Below are positions 19,751 through 31,400 of a stretch of 64,000 nt of DNA, piece by piece (the first letter of the stretch is position 1; each line of letters starts with the position of its first letter). The position numbers were made by a program, and so were the translations under genes. Source of the DNA: a virus (lineage: Duplodnaviria; Caudoviricetes); the IMG/VR virus record IMGVR_UViG_3300028886_000042, one strand, 5' to 3'. The notes beneath the pieces were generated by a model, which ran no database searches, was not told the origin of the DNA, and worked only from the letters and a program-made list of their open reading frames with translations.

Positions 19751-21964
19751 ATGCGTATTAAGAAAAGAGACAATACAACAGAAGATTTTCTGTTTGAAAA
19801 AATTGAGAATGCTATAATAAAGGCATTCAATGCGTGTGATGTTCCTGTAAACCAAAGGGTTATAGAGTGTATGAGAAATAAGTTCGATGTTGACTCGGAC
19901 ACTGTTATCAGCGTTGAGGAAGTACAGGATGAAGTTGAGGATTGTTTAATGCAGTGGTGTCCGCCTGTAGCCAAGAAATATATAATTTATCGTTACGAAC
20001 ATAAGGTAATACGTGATACAAACGATAAGCTTTACAAGGATATTACAAAGAAACTCCTCGCTAATGATGCACAGAATCAGAATGCGAATCTTGACGAACA
20101 TTCATTCGGTGGAAGAATGGGGGAAGTTAACAGACTTGTACTTAAAGACTATGCATTAAAGTACTGTATGTCAAGAAAGTCGCGTAACAATCACTTGAAT
20201 AATGAGATTTACATTCATGACTTGGATTCTTATGCTGCCGGGATGCATAACTGTCTCTCAATTCCGTTTGACGAACTGTTGGCTAACGGTTTCAATACAA
20301 GACAGACTGATGTCCGTCCGGCAAACAGTATAAATACTGCATTTCAGCTTGTAGCAGTATTGTTTCAGTTACAGTCACTTCAGCAGTTCGGCGGTGTAAG
20401 TGCAACACATCTTGACTGGACAATGGTTCCATATGTCAGGAAGTCATTTTATAAGCATTTCAGTAATTGTGTTGAGGCAATTACAGGCAATACCGTAAAT
20501 GAGGGTGAATATAATGACTCAATGAAGATTGATGATGAAAAATACAAGGCATATGGTGAGAAGTGTTATGAATTTGCACTGAAAATGACAAACAAGGAAC
20601 TGAAACAAGCTGTTGAGGGTATGTATCATAATCTTAACACATTACAGTCAAGAAGTGGAAATCAGTTGCCTTTCACGTCGATAAATTACGGTACTTGTAC
20701 ATTACCTGAAGGGCGTATGGTAACAAAGGCGTTGCTTGAAGGGTCAATAGCCGGTGTTGGTAAATTGCATAAGACCCCTATTTTCCCATGCGGTATATTC
20801 CAAATGATGAATGGTGTCAACAGAAAGGAAGGTGAGCCGAACTATGATTTGTTCAAACTTGCACTTAAGTCAACTTCAAAGAGACTATATCCTAACTATG
20901 CCAATTGTGATTGGAGTGGAAATGCCGGATATGATAAGAATGACCCGAAGACATATTTCTCGTCTATGGGGTGTCGCACGATTAACGGTTTGGATATCAA
21001 TGGGTTAGGTCAACAGAAAGATGGAAGAGGTAATATTTGTCCCGTCACTATTATTATGCCTACACTTGCCATGCAAGCTAAGGAAAAAGTTAATGAAAGA
21101 GCCATTAAGGAGGATAGAAAATACAATTATGATGAAGTTATCACTGAATTCATGAAACTTCTTGACAAGAAGATAGGCGAGGCAAAGGATATGCTACTTG
21201 AAAGGTTTGAATGGATTTGCAAACAAAGTCCGTCTTCTGCTAAGTTCATGTGGGAAAATAATACTATGACCGGTTATGTACCTGAAGAAGGTATAAGGTC
21301 TGCACTGAAACACGGTACTATTGTAATAGGTCAGTTAGGTCTCGCAGAAACACTTCAGATTCTCATAAATAGAGACCATACTACGGATGAAGGTATGGAG
21401 TTAGCGAAGGAGATAGAGGGGCTGTTCAAGAAGCGTTGTGCTGAATATAAAGAGAAGTACAAGTTAAATTTCGGTGTATATTATACCCCTGCCGAAAATT
21501 TGTGTTATACGGCAATGAAGAAATTCAGGGAAAAATATGGTGTTATAAAAAATGTATCTGACAGAGAATACTTTACGAATTCAATGCATGTTCCTGTATG
21601 GCATAAAATAACACCTTTTGAAAAGATTGACATTGAATCACAATTAACAGGTTATTCATCAGCCGGATGTATAACATATGTTGAGTTAGACAGTAGTGTA
21701 ATCCACAATACAGAAGCCCTTGAAGAGATTGTCGGTTATGCTATGGATAAGGATATACCTTATTTTGCCATAAATATTCCGAATGACCTTTGCGAATGCG
21801 GATATACAGGAGAAATAAATGAAGAGTGTCCTGTTTGCGGCAGTCATAACATACTGAGACTCAGAAGAGTAACCGGATATCTATCAGGTGACTACCTCCG
21901 AAGCTTTAACCACGGAAAACAGTGTGAAACAAATGACAGAGTAAAGCATATAAAGGAGGTCTGA
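19751..21964 (+). CDS. nrdD: Anaerobic (class III) ribonucleoside-triphosphate reductase with ATP cone
   Basis: IKKRD ATP cone, IYIHDLD, HNC, QLPFTSINYG, MGCRT, TPAEN, CECG/CPVCG, RRVTGYL glycyl-radical motif. Confidence 0.96.
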   Translation: MRIKKRDNTTEDFLFEKIENAIIKAFNACDVPVNQRVIECMRNKFDVDSDTVISVEEVQDEVEDCLMQWCPPVAKKYIIYRYEHKVIRDTNDKLYKDITKKLLANDAQNQNANLDEHSFGGRMGEVNRLVLKDYALKYCMSRKSRNNHLNNEIYIHDLDSYAAGMHNCLSIPFDELLANGFNTRQTDVRPANSINTAFQLVAVLFQLQSLQQFGGVSATHLDWTMVPYVRKSFYKHFSNCVEAITGNTVNEGEYNDSMKIDDEKYKAYGEKCYEFALKMTNKELKQAVEGMYHNLNTLQSRSGNQLPFTSINYGTCTLPEGRMVTKALLEGSIAGVGKLHKTPIFPCGIFQMMNGVNRKEGEPNYDLFKLALKSTSKRLYPNYANCDWSGNAGYDKNDPKTYFSSMGCRTINGLDINGLGQQKDGRGNICPVTIIMPTLAMQAKEKVNERAIKEDRKYNYDEVITEFMKLLDKKIGEAKDMLLERFEWICKQSPSSAKFMWENNTMTGYVPEEGIRSALKHGTIVIGQLGLAETLQILINRDHTTDEGMELAKEIEGLFKKRCAEYKEKYKLNFGVYYTPAENLCYTAMKKFREKYGVIKNVSDREYFTNSMHVPVWHKITPFEKIDIESQLTGYSSAGCITYVELDSSVIHNTEALEEIVGYAMDKDIPYFAINIPNDLCECGYTGEINEECPVCGSHNILRLRRVTGYLSGDYLRSFNHGKQCETNDRVKHIKEV

Positions 21965-21966
21965 AG

Positions 21967-22461
21967 ATGAGAATACATAAGATAACGTATCCTGATGTCA
22001 ATAACGGTTTAGGATGCCGTGCGACTGTTTGGGTTTCAGGCTGTTCACATCACTGCAAAGGGTGTCACAACAAGGAAACGTGGTCTTTTAACTGCGGAAA
22101 AGTATTTGATGAGGGTTATAAGGAAAAACTCTTCGAAATCCTATCACTTCCTTATATGAAAGGACTGACATTATCAGGTGGAGACCCGTTGGACAGTTAT
22201 GAAGATGTTCTTGCACTTACTAAAGAAGTACGAGAGAAGTTCGGTAATACAAAGGATATTTGGCTTTATACCGGATATACTATGGAAGAAATAAACAAAA
22301 ACGGATTCGGTGAAATTTTAAAATACGTTGATTTTGTCGTTGACGGAAGATATGAAGAAAAACAAAGGGATGTTACTTTGGCATTCAGGGGTTCCGTAAA
22401 TCAGTGTATATATGAGAAAAAAGACGGTAAATTCGTCATTTCCGATTTAATGCAGCCTTAA
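21967..22461 (+). CDS. nrdG: Anaerobic RNR activating enzyme (radical SAM)
   Basis: CSHHCKGC, LSGGDP, YTGY, VDGRY, FRGS.NQ. Confidence 0.96.
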   Translation: MRIHKITYPDVNNGLGCRATVWVSGCSHHCKGCHNKETWSFNCGKVFDEGYKEKLFEILSLPYMKGLTLSGGDPLDSYEDVLALTKEVREKFGNTKDIWLYTGYTMEEINKNGFGEILKYVDFVVDGRYEEKQRDVTLAFRGSVNQCIYEKKDGKFVISDLMQP

Positions 22462-22477
22462 CGGTTGCATTTTTTTT
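22450..22477 (+). terminator. Intrinsic terminator after nrdG
   Basis: atgcagcc-ttaac-ggttgcat followed by a T run. Confidence 0.65.
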
Positions 22478-22535
22478 ATCTAATTATTTCAATAATAAAC
22501 TTGTCGGGTTATATTTATAATATATATTCGATTTT

Positions 22536-22931
22536 TTGTCTGATATGCCTAAAACACAGAAATACGGTATTAAGTTTCCGATAAACATAACAAGTGACGA
22601 GAAAACGTTTTTCGATTTGGACAGTACACAGGAAGAAGCCATAAAATCCGAAATAATGCATCTTATCTTCACTCCTATGGGTCAGAGATTAAGAAAGCCG
22701 CTGTTCGGTTCAAAACTGATTCAGTTCATATTCAATCCGAATGACGGACAGACATGGTCTGATGTCGTAAGTGAAATAAAGGATATGGTTTCAAGAAACA
22801 TACCGAACTGTTCGATTGACAACGTAAATGTATATGAAATTAATGACGGTTTAGGGTTGGTTGCCTCCATAAAATACAGTGTGACATCCAACGGACAGAC
22901 AAAGCAGTATCAAATAATGACGAATTTGTAA
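22536..22931 (+). CDS. Baseplate wedge protein, gp25-like (start may be ATG 22545)
   Basis: YGIKFP, LIFTPMGQR...P.FGS.L..FIF.PND. Confidence 0.85.
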   Translation: MSDMPKTQKYGIKFPINITSDEKTFFDLDSTQEEAIKSEIMHLIFTPMGQRLRKPLFGSKLIQFIFNPNDGQTWSDVVSEIKDMVSRNIPNCSIDNVNVYEINDGLGLVASIKYSVTSNGQTKQYQIMTNL

Positions 22932-22942
22932 GGAAAAACAGT

Positions 22943-24991
22943 ATGGCTGAGAATAAGATACAATACAGTGCAAGAACATATGATGATTACAGAAAATCAC
23001 TTCTTGACATATCAAGGAAATATTATCCTGACATGGCTGACAGTTTCAATGATGCGAGTGTCGGTCAGTGGCTTATAGAATTATGTGCAAGCGTGGGTGA
23101 CGAACTCAGTTATCATATTGACAGAACGTATCAGGAAACATCCGTAACAGCAGCAGGACAGCGAAGTTCGCTTAACAGCATAGCAAGGAATAACGGTATA
23201 AAGATACCGGGTAAGAAGGCTGCTATTGTCGAGATAGAACTGTCATGTGAACTGCCTTTAAAGGCAAGCGGTGACAATTCGAACGGTAATCTTAGTGAAG
23301 CCGATACAGCTTATGCTCCCATCGTTAAAAGAGGCGCGTTATTCTCAACCGGACTTGTGACATTCGAACTTGTGAACGATGTTAATTTTGGTGAGCAGTT
23401 TGATGAGAACGGTATGCCGAACAGACAGATAATACCTAACCGTGATTCAAACGGAAACATCATAAGCTATACATACAAGAAGCTTGCTATTGCAGTTGCA
23501 GGACAGAGCAAGGTATATAAGAAAATAATAAGTAACAGTGATTTGAAGCCGTTTATGTCAGTACTGTTACAGGATAATGACATACTTGGTGTAGAGAGTA
23601 TCTTGGTCAAGGAAGGAGGTAATCTCTCAGTCAATCCGCAACTTTACGAATACAGTGTAGATGAAGAGGAATTCGAGGCTTCGGGTCAGGTAAAGACAAG
23701 CCGTTTCTTTGAAGTTGACAGTCTGATTGACCAGTATAGATTCGGGTATGAGACTGAAAAGTGTGAACAGGAAGAAGGTGAAGAAAAAAAGACTTGCATT
23801 TATAATCCTAAATGGTACACTGAAACTGAGCAGTATGAAGTAGGCGAGGGTGATGACAAGAAAACTGTAACATTAGATATAAGAAGGGTTGTACACGGAA
23901 AGTGGAAACGTCTGAAAAACAAGTTTATTACTGAATTCACAGACAATAATTCATTGAAGATTACATTCGGTTCAGGCATAAGGAACAAATACGGCACTAT
24001 ACCTGATGATGCAAGGTCGTTTACAAAATATGTCATGTCACGTATGGAGGCTAACGATTATTTGGGTGTTTTACCGGGTTGTGATTCTTCGGGTGACTCA
24101 ACCATGTACATTCTTTACCGTGTAGGCGGCGGCGAACAGAGTAATATAGCAGCCGGCAGCCTTACGAACATAATAAATATAAGTTTGTGTATTGAAGGTG
24201 AAGATGCAAGGAAGAAGAGGGATGTTACAAATTCAATCAGAGTTACCAACACAACACCTTCATATGGAGGTAAGGACGAGCCTTCTGAAGAGGAAATGAG
24301 ACAGATTATAAAATACAACTCAGGTTCAAAGAACCGCTGTGTAACACTGCATGACTATATAGAACGGATTGCACAGATGCCTCCGAAGTACGGAACACCG
24401 TTCAGATGCGGTGCTGTGGAGGAGAATAATAAGATTATCATTTATGCACTTGGCCTTGACTCTGAAGGCCATTTGGAGAGCAAACTGTCAGAATTTGTTG
24501 CAAAAAACATGACAGAATATCTGTCAATGTACAGAACGGTTAATGACTTTGTTGAAATACATTCCGGAAAGATAATAAACATTTCATTTGAAATTGACGT
24601 ATGCATTGACAAGACATATGAGAAGTCAGAGGTTGTAAAGAGGATTATAGAACTTGTTACCGACTATATGGATATAAGGAGACATGTAATGGGTGATGAG
24701 TATTATGTCGGTGATATAATGAAGGAAATATCAAAGCTTGACGGTGTAAAGAACCTTATTGACATAAAGGTATACAACAAAGTAGGAGACGGTTATTCAG
24801 ATGATGAAACGACACAGCAGCTTATCGAGGCAACTGACTGCTGTTATGAGGAATATAATGAAGGTCAGGAGAATTTCGACAGACGTATAGACCTTAAGGC
24901 AAGTGACAATATACTGTTCACTGATGCAAACAGTCTCCTAGAAATCAGATATCCTAACAAGGATATAAAAGTAAATGTACGTCAAAGATAA
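22943..24991 (+). CDS. Baseplate wedge protein, gp6 / baseplate-J-like
   Basis: Y.AR.YD..R..L, FNDASVG..LIE, D.LSYHID...QE, ITFGSG, YRVGGG..SN, GGKD, NRCVT..DY; follows gp25. Confidence 0.85.
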   Translation: MAENKIQYSARTYDDYRKSLLDISRKYYPDMADSFNDASVGQWLIELCASVGDELSYHIDRTYQETSVTAAGQRSSLNSIARNNGIKIPGKKAAIVEIELSCELPLKASGDNSNGNLSEADTAYAPIVKRGALFSTGLVTFELVNDVNFGEQFDENGMPNRQIIPNRDSNGNIISYTYKKLAIAVAGQSKVYKKIISNSDLKPFMSVLLQDNDILGVESILVKEGGNLSVNPQLYEYSVDEEEFEASGQVKTSRFFEVDSLIDQYRFGYETEKCEQEEGEEKKTCIYNPKWYTETEQYEVGEGDDKKTVTLDIRRVVHGKWKRLKNKFITEFTDNNSLKITFGSGIRNKYGTIPDDARSFTKYVMSRMEANDYLGVLPGCDSSGDSTMYILYRVGGGEQSNIAAGSLTNIINISLCIEGEDARKKRDVTNSIRVTNTTPSYGGKDEPSEEEMRQIIKYNSGSKNRCVTLHDYIERIAQMPPKYGTPFRCGAVEENNKIIIYALGLDSEGHLESKLSEFVAKNMTEYLSMYRTVNDFVEIHSGKIINISFEIDVCIDKTYEKSEVVKRIIELVTDYMDIRRHVMGDEYYVGDIMKEISKLDGVKNLIDIKVYNKVGDGYSDDETTQQLIEATDCCYEEYNEGQENFDRRIDLKASDNILFTDANSLLEIRYPNKDIKVNVRQR

Positions 24992-25025
24992 TCTTTTTTA
25001 TCATAATAATTATCATTTAATTTTT

Positions 25026-25058
25026 ACCGTCCTGTTCGTGAGAATCGGGCGGTTTTTT
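25026..25058 (+). terminator. Intrinsic terminator
   Basis: accgtcc...gggcggt followed by ttttt. Confidence 0.65.
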
Positions 25059-25061
25059 ATG

Positions 25062-25094
25062 TTTGTTGTTTTCTGATAAAGCAGTATATTTGCA
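25062..25094 (+). promoter_or_regulatory. Bacteroidota-type primary sigma promoter
   Basis: TTTG (25062-25065), 19 nt, TATATTTGCA (25085-25094). Confidence 0.75.
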
Positions 25095-25110
25095 ATAATA
25101 TAATCCTTCA

Positions 25111-25139
25111 TTGACAAAAAAAGGAAAAAGGGCTAATTT
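25111..25139 (+). promoter_or_regulatory. TTGACA-N17-TAnnnT promoter (second class)
   Basis: TTGACA (25111-25116), 17 nt, TAATTT (25134-25139). Confidence 0.5.
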
Positions 25140-25166
25140 AATATAAACAGAAAAGCATAAAATTTT

Positions 25167-25430
25167 ATGGGATGCGGTTGCAAAAGTGAAATAAGCAAAT
25201 TTGAGAAATATACGGGATATCATTCTAACGGAGAATCCGGCAATAATAAGGAAAAGCTTGGAATATTCAGTAAAATTATGAAGTTTTTCCTTCAATTATT
25301 CTTCGGAATTTTCTGTGGTGCTGTAATTATAGTTATGATAGTACCAATGCTGTTGTATATCATTATATGTTTGATGACCGGCAGACAGGCACACTTCACT
25401 ATTAAGAACTTGTTAAAGAAGAAGAACTGA
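25167..25430 (+). CDS. Small membrane protein with N-terminal MGCGCK
   Basis: Long hydrophobic stretch FFLQLFFGIFCGAVIIVMIVPMLLYIIICLM; TGATG overlap with the next gene. Confidence 0.7.
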   Translation: MGCGCKSEISKFEKYTGYHSNGESGNNKEKLGIFSKIMKFFLQLFFGIFCGAVIIVMIVPMLLYIIICLMTGRQAHFTIKNLLKKKN

Positions 25431-28400
25431 TGGCAGATAATTGTAAATCTTACAGAATAAGGACGAATGTGGGTCAGGACACACCTAACGTCATTAACGT
25501 AAAACTTGACCAGACATATGATGAATTTCAGATTCTGTCTCTTAAGATAGAAGAGGAAAATGCATATAAGTTATACCAGTCCGAAAAGGGTGTTGTTGTA
25601 GGGCGTGTTTTGGCTAACGGCGGTGTAGGTGTATCAAATGCAAAGGTATCTGTATTCATAAAGTCCGAGGACGGAATGGACATAAAGGATATGATATTAT
25701 ATCCCTATAAGTCTGTAACTGATACGAACGATGACAGTGTAAGATATAATCTTCTGCCTGATTTCATAGATGAGACATGTCATCAGATTGTCGGTACGTT
25801 TCCGAACAAGAGGCTTGTTCTTGACAATGAGGATGTGATAGAGATTTTCGATAAATACTGGAAATATACAACCGTAACAAACAGCAGCGGTGACTATATG
25901 CTGTACGGTATTCCGGTTGGTGAGCAGACCATGCACATGGATGTAGACCTGTCGGATATCGGTTTTCTGTCACAGAAACCCAGGGATTTGGTCTATAAAG
26001 GCTATAATATTAATCTTTTCGAGAATCCGAACAAATTCAAGCAGGACACGAACCTCAACAGCCTTGCACAGATAAAGTCACAGGACAAGAGTGTATATGT
26101 ATATCCTTTTTGGGGTGATACAAGTACGGACAACTCAAATGACATAGCAGTTACACGCTGTGATTTTCAGATTGACTACAAGTTTGAGCCTACCTGTATT
26201 TTCATGGGAAGTATTATTACCGATACAGGTTCAAACGCAATCGGAAAGAACTGTTCGAGTACCGACAACGCAGGTAAGATGTCGGATTTGGTTTCGGGTG
26301 AAGGCTCAATCGAAATGATACGTAAGACGATTGACAACAAGGTAGAGGAATTTCAGGTAAAGGGAAACCGTGTAATTGACGGTGACGGTGTATGGTGCTA
26401 TCAGATACCCATGAATCTTGACTATGTCATGACGGATGAGTTCGGAAACCTTGTACCTACTGACAATCCTGACAAAGGTATTCCTACAAGGACGAGAGTA
26501 AGATTCAGAATATCATTGTCTGATAATCCTGCTGACAGTGCAGCGAGGAAAAGATGTAAGTATTTAGTACCTAACAATCCGAGATTCGATGAGAAACTTT
26601 ATCCTGAGTTCACAGCAGATAAGATGCACGAACCTGATTATGAATTCGGTACGAATACGAGGGAGGAAAGCTACTGTGACCTGTTTTGGAATAAGGTGTA
26701 TACTGTCAAGAACTATATTCCGAGGTTACAGAAGAACAACAGGATAACAAACAGAAAGCATACCGGAATTAAGCTGATTAACCATTACGGTAGCAACAAT
26801 CCCATGCCGTACAACAATCTTAGTGTTAAACTGTCATTCCTTTACAGATTCATTTGTGTACTTGTGACGATTTTCATCATGCTTGTCGGCTTCCTGAACA
26901 ATATCATTTCGATATTAGGTGCAATACCGTGCCAGATAGCAAGATTCTTCAGAGCGATTGCAAGTATTTTCATATGGCCTATCAAATTCCTTGGTTATCC
27001 GTTCAAGGCTGCTGCTGCCGTGTTTGACCTGTTAACACCTCCATGTATAGCAATTTCTTCAGAATTCTGTTCTGAGGACGTTACGCATCCTTATACATTC
27101 TATCCCGGATGCGGAATGAAGGGTTTGGCTTATGTACTTGGCCCTCTGGCTGAATGTGTATGGGACAAAACACGTGACAACCACTTTGAAGATATGGAGA
27201 GTGTTCCGCAAGAAGACAGAACCTATCCTACGAACAATGAGGGTGAACTTTACAACTGTGTAGAGTCACAGCTTGCAAACGACAATGACGTAACTTCGTT
27301 CAATTTCCACAACGACTGGATAAACGGTACACTTTATGCACCCATGTGGTTCAGAAAGGTAGAGGCAAAGAAAACATATTTCTTCGGTCTGGTAAAGCGT
27401 AAGTCAAAGGATGAGTGGTGTTCTGTTGACCATCCGTATAACGGTTTGCTAAGGCTGTTCCAACCGTGTAGTGTGAAACGTAATGCATCCAAATCCTATA
27501 CTTCGCACGAAGGTAATACACAGACGGCATACTACATGGGCAGTAATCCTGAGTGTGACAGGGACTGCCATGATACAAAAACTACGGTAGGGCTTAACAA
27601 CGGACTTATAAAGTCAAAGGACAGTATGTTAGGTCAGACGATTTACTATTACAGACCGTTTGAAATCGAGAAGGGTAATAACAACCTCATGACAGACGGT
27701 GTTGACGGTACGTTAAAACTGTTATTTGCAACGGATATTGTTTTACTGGGAAGTCTGAATGACTGTGATTTGAACGGTGTTCCACAGTTCTTCAAGCATC
27801 TTGAGTCCTCAACATTCAAACTGCCTACAAATATGCTGTTTGCTGATAATAACATGATTCAGAAGTTCAATGAGGACGGTACATTGTCTACTGAATACGA
27901 CCTTGTCAGCAAGAGTGAAATGACGGGTAATGACTGGGGTAACAGTAATGCCGATATGTGCGGCGAGCCTGATACAGGTCTGTTTTACAGTGTAGGATGT
28001 TCTACGATTGAAATGAGACCTAAGTCGTGTATAAATCTTCAAAGAATATGTGAATTCGGTGTATCGTTGGATGAATCAAAGGAAATACCGACTAATATAG
28101 CTTATGTGGAAAGCGGCGGTGACAGTGTATTCGAGACTTTAAGGCCGGACGGTTATATTTCAAAGGATGAACTTTATAATATAGATGAACGCAGTATGTT
28201 CGCTACGATGAACGGTAACGAACTGCAAACAAAGGTGAATATTGAAAACGGTTTGAAGGAGTATGATTTCCGTCACCTATATGTTGACAATTTCGACAAT
28301 TCACTGTATGATTCAATGAGAATGAGGCAGAAGCGATGTGGTGATTATTCATACCGTAATAACTTCAACCTTGAAGAGTTCAGTCCCGGTTATTATGATT

Positions 28401-31400
28401 TCAGAATGGGTAAGAAACCGTTCTATTATGACGGTGCCAGAAAATTTCCGCGTTATGAGAATTCATTCTATTTCTATTTCGGATTAACAGTCGGAAAAAC
28501 AGCGATAGACAAGTTCAACAACCTCTTTTTCGCTGAGTGTTACAACCCACAAGAAGCCGTAAGTCCCATCGCCATTGAGACATTAGGCAACACGTGGTGT
28601 TCCGAGGCAGATATCACGGATATATATAATGAGAAGAATGACGGCTATGTTAAAATAGACCTGTCAAACATTGAACGTCCGTGTGATATCATAATACAGG
28701 ACAAGAACAGCAAATTTCAGATTAATTTCGATAATGTAATAAACGAGAAGATTATACTCTCAAACAAGGACAGTGAAGGGTGGACGAGAAAATGCATACA
28801 GTCAAAGGATGAGCATGACATTCTCAGAAGCATGTGTGCCTTGGACAACGGAAACTACACAATGACCGTAACTGACAGCAGCGGTGAGATTACCGTTGCG
28901 GACTTTGATTTGATGTCACCCTATCTTAAATTCGAATATATAAGCACACCGTTCAAGTTCCCGTATAATGTGCTTGTTACAAGATACGAGGGTGAATTAA
29001 CAGAGGAACAGTACCTTAAGAAGATAGCCGAAGACAAGGACGGTGTCGATTCGACTGAAAAAACACTGAATACGAGAACAATCGGTGGTACTATTACTTT
29101 GGAAAATGTCGTTGACAGTCTTGAAAACACGGCTTTGGAGTCATATAACATCAATATCACATCAAGCAGTAAGATACCACACTGGTTCAACGGCCTAAAC
29201 AGCAGTACAGGTTCAAGTGAAACAGAGGAAACAGGTGAAAACTTCATTCTGGACATTGAGGTAAGATATGATTCGGAAACTAAAACCTGGGCTGTGGATA
29301 ACCCGTCCGATTATTGGCTGAATGCCGAAAACTACACTGAATCAGGCGGAAGAAGGATAAGCGGTACACAGTTCAAGTTCATAATCGGCGTACCGAAGGG
29401 TGATGAGAGATATAAGGTAACGGTTACACAGTATTGTCCTGTTGAAAACGGACAGGGTACGGTTGAGTTTTACAAAACGAACAATACTTACACGGAAACT
29501 GTATTTGTCAGTGATGTTGTTCCCTACAAACTGTATATAAACGATATAATCGATTATGAGGTTATCAGTCACTGGGGTTCCGGTTACAAGTTGGAGAATA
29601 TAAAGGACAAAACGGGTACTGTAACAAAGATAAAACTTGTCAGCAATAACACACCGTCCTCATTTGACAGAAATTCATTCAGTGATAACTGGCTTAACAT
29701 ATCTGATTTTGACGGTAAGAACGGTGATACTTACAGGTACAAATGGGATAAACTGGTATCATATCAGAAAGCACTGAAATCATTAAACAACGGATTAAAG
29801 GAGGGTTTATATTCCGGTATCTATGATGATTTCACTTATAAGATTAAGACATTAGGTGAAATACAACAGATTAATCCGAGAGTTACGGATGCTATATATA
29901 ATATGTTTGCAAAGGAAGTGCTGCCTGATACATATGAAGGTTTCGAGGAGGCAGTACCTGATGCAGATACATTATATAAGGAGTATTATAATGCCGGAAC
30001 ATATCAGATTAAGACATTACCCCAAATACAGCAGATTAATTCATCTGTAACACAGGAGATATATAACACATTCCCTGCTACGGTTTCAGCAGAAGAATAC
30101 AATAGTTTGGATAATATACCTGATGCTAATGTCATATACAAAGCATATTATAATGAGAGTCATGTGGACAAGTATTATGAATACAAGGTAATAGAGACTT
30201 ACAGCATATTCCATGAAGCTGTCTATGATGAAGCAGGAAATGAAATAGAACCTGCATATTACGAGACTAAAGTCGTAAATGAAGATGGTTTTACATGCAA
30301 AGGTTTCCCTCTACGTGATGTTGAAGGCTTCAAGCGTTATATATACAGAATGGATGAAATGGCAGATACGTTACTTAAGACAAAAAGGTTAAGTGACGGT
30401 AATACATGTGTATTCATTGAAGGCATACTGACAAATGACATACTTAACGACCATATTTCATTCATAAGTGAAACTGACAGTAACAGGGATTCTATTATAG
30501 ATTTCCTTTATAAGATTAAGAATGCACTGGCTAATGACGAGAATATTGAGGCAAGGGACATTGCAGATACATGTGACACAGTAATCGAGGCTTGTGAACG
30601 TATTCTTGAAATAAAGGCAGAATTCATTTCGGAAATGAAGAATGCATTTTGGAAAACCTGTCCTGATGAAGAGAAGAGAGTCAAGTTCAAGGCAGTTACG
30701 GAAGATATGCCGGTTGCATTCTATATAGCACATCGTTCTGAAAAGAGTGTTGAGGAAGGTAGTGGAAATACCCTTGAATACGGTGATGCCAGAACACTTA
30801 CCTATTCATTCAATCTTGAACGTGACATTGACAATATAACAATACCGTCAATCAGTTATACATCAAGTAAGAACTACGGTGCTTATAGAGACAGAGAAGA
30901 CAGCTACATGGTTGACACCGTCAATTATCCGAATGTCTGTCTGGCACTTGATAACAGTTCACCGTTCCGCGACAAGCAGAAATATGCATTCTTTGTAGGT
31001 GTAATAAATTCATCTGAACAGAGGGTGAACAAACTAAATAAGGAAGAACCGATACCGTTCGGTGATACAGTACCGGTTGGTATTAAGAATAATGCTGCAA
31101 ATTCAAATACAAGCAGACTTTTCGGATTCCATGTCATTGACAAGGTAATGGAACTGAAACTTATAAGTTGGGCTGCATTCAACGGAATACCCTACTATAA
31201 TCCGAGGAATACGGTAAATGATAAATATGTCACTGACATTGACAAGGTAGGAAGGACAGTTGACATGTGCGGTCTGCTGTCAGGTAAGATATACAACGGA
31301 GTGATAAGTTCTATTGTATACGGTGAAAATAGTCGTAATATAGGCAGTACATTCTTCGAGTCACAGAATGTAGGAAGATTCGATATGGAGATAGCAACTC

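Noticed and set aside
11896-21964. Inteins or introns in uvsX, dnaB or nrdD
   Set aside because: The proteins are of normal length, with uninterrupted conserved motifs and no splicing signatures
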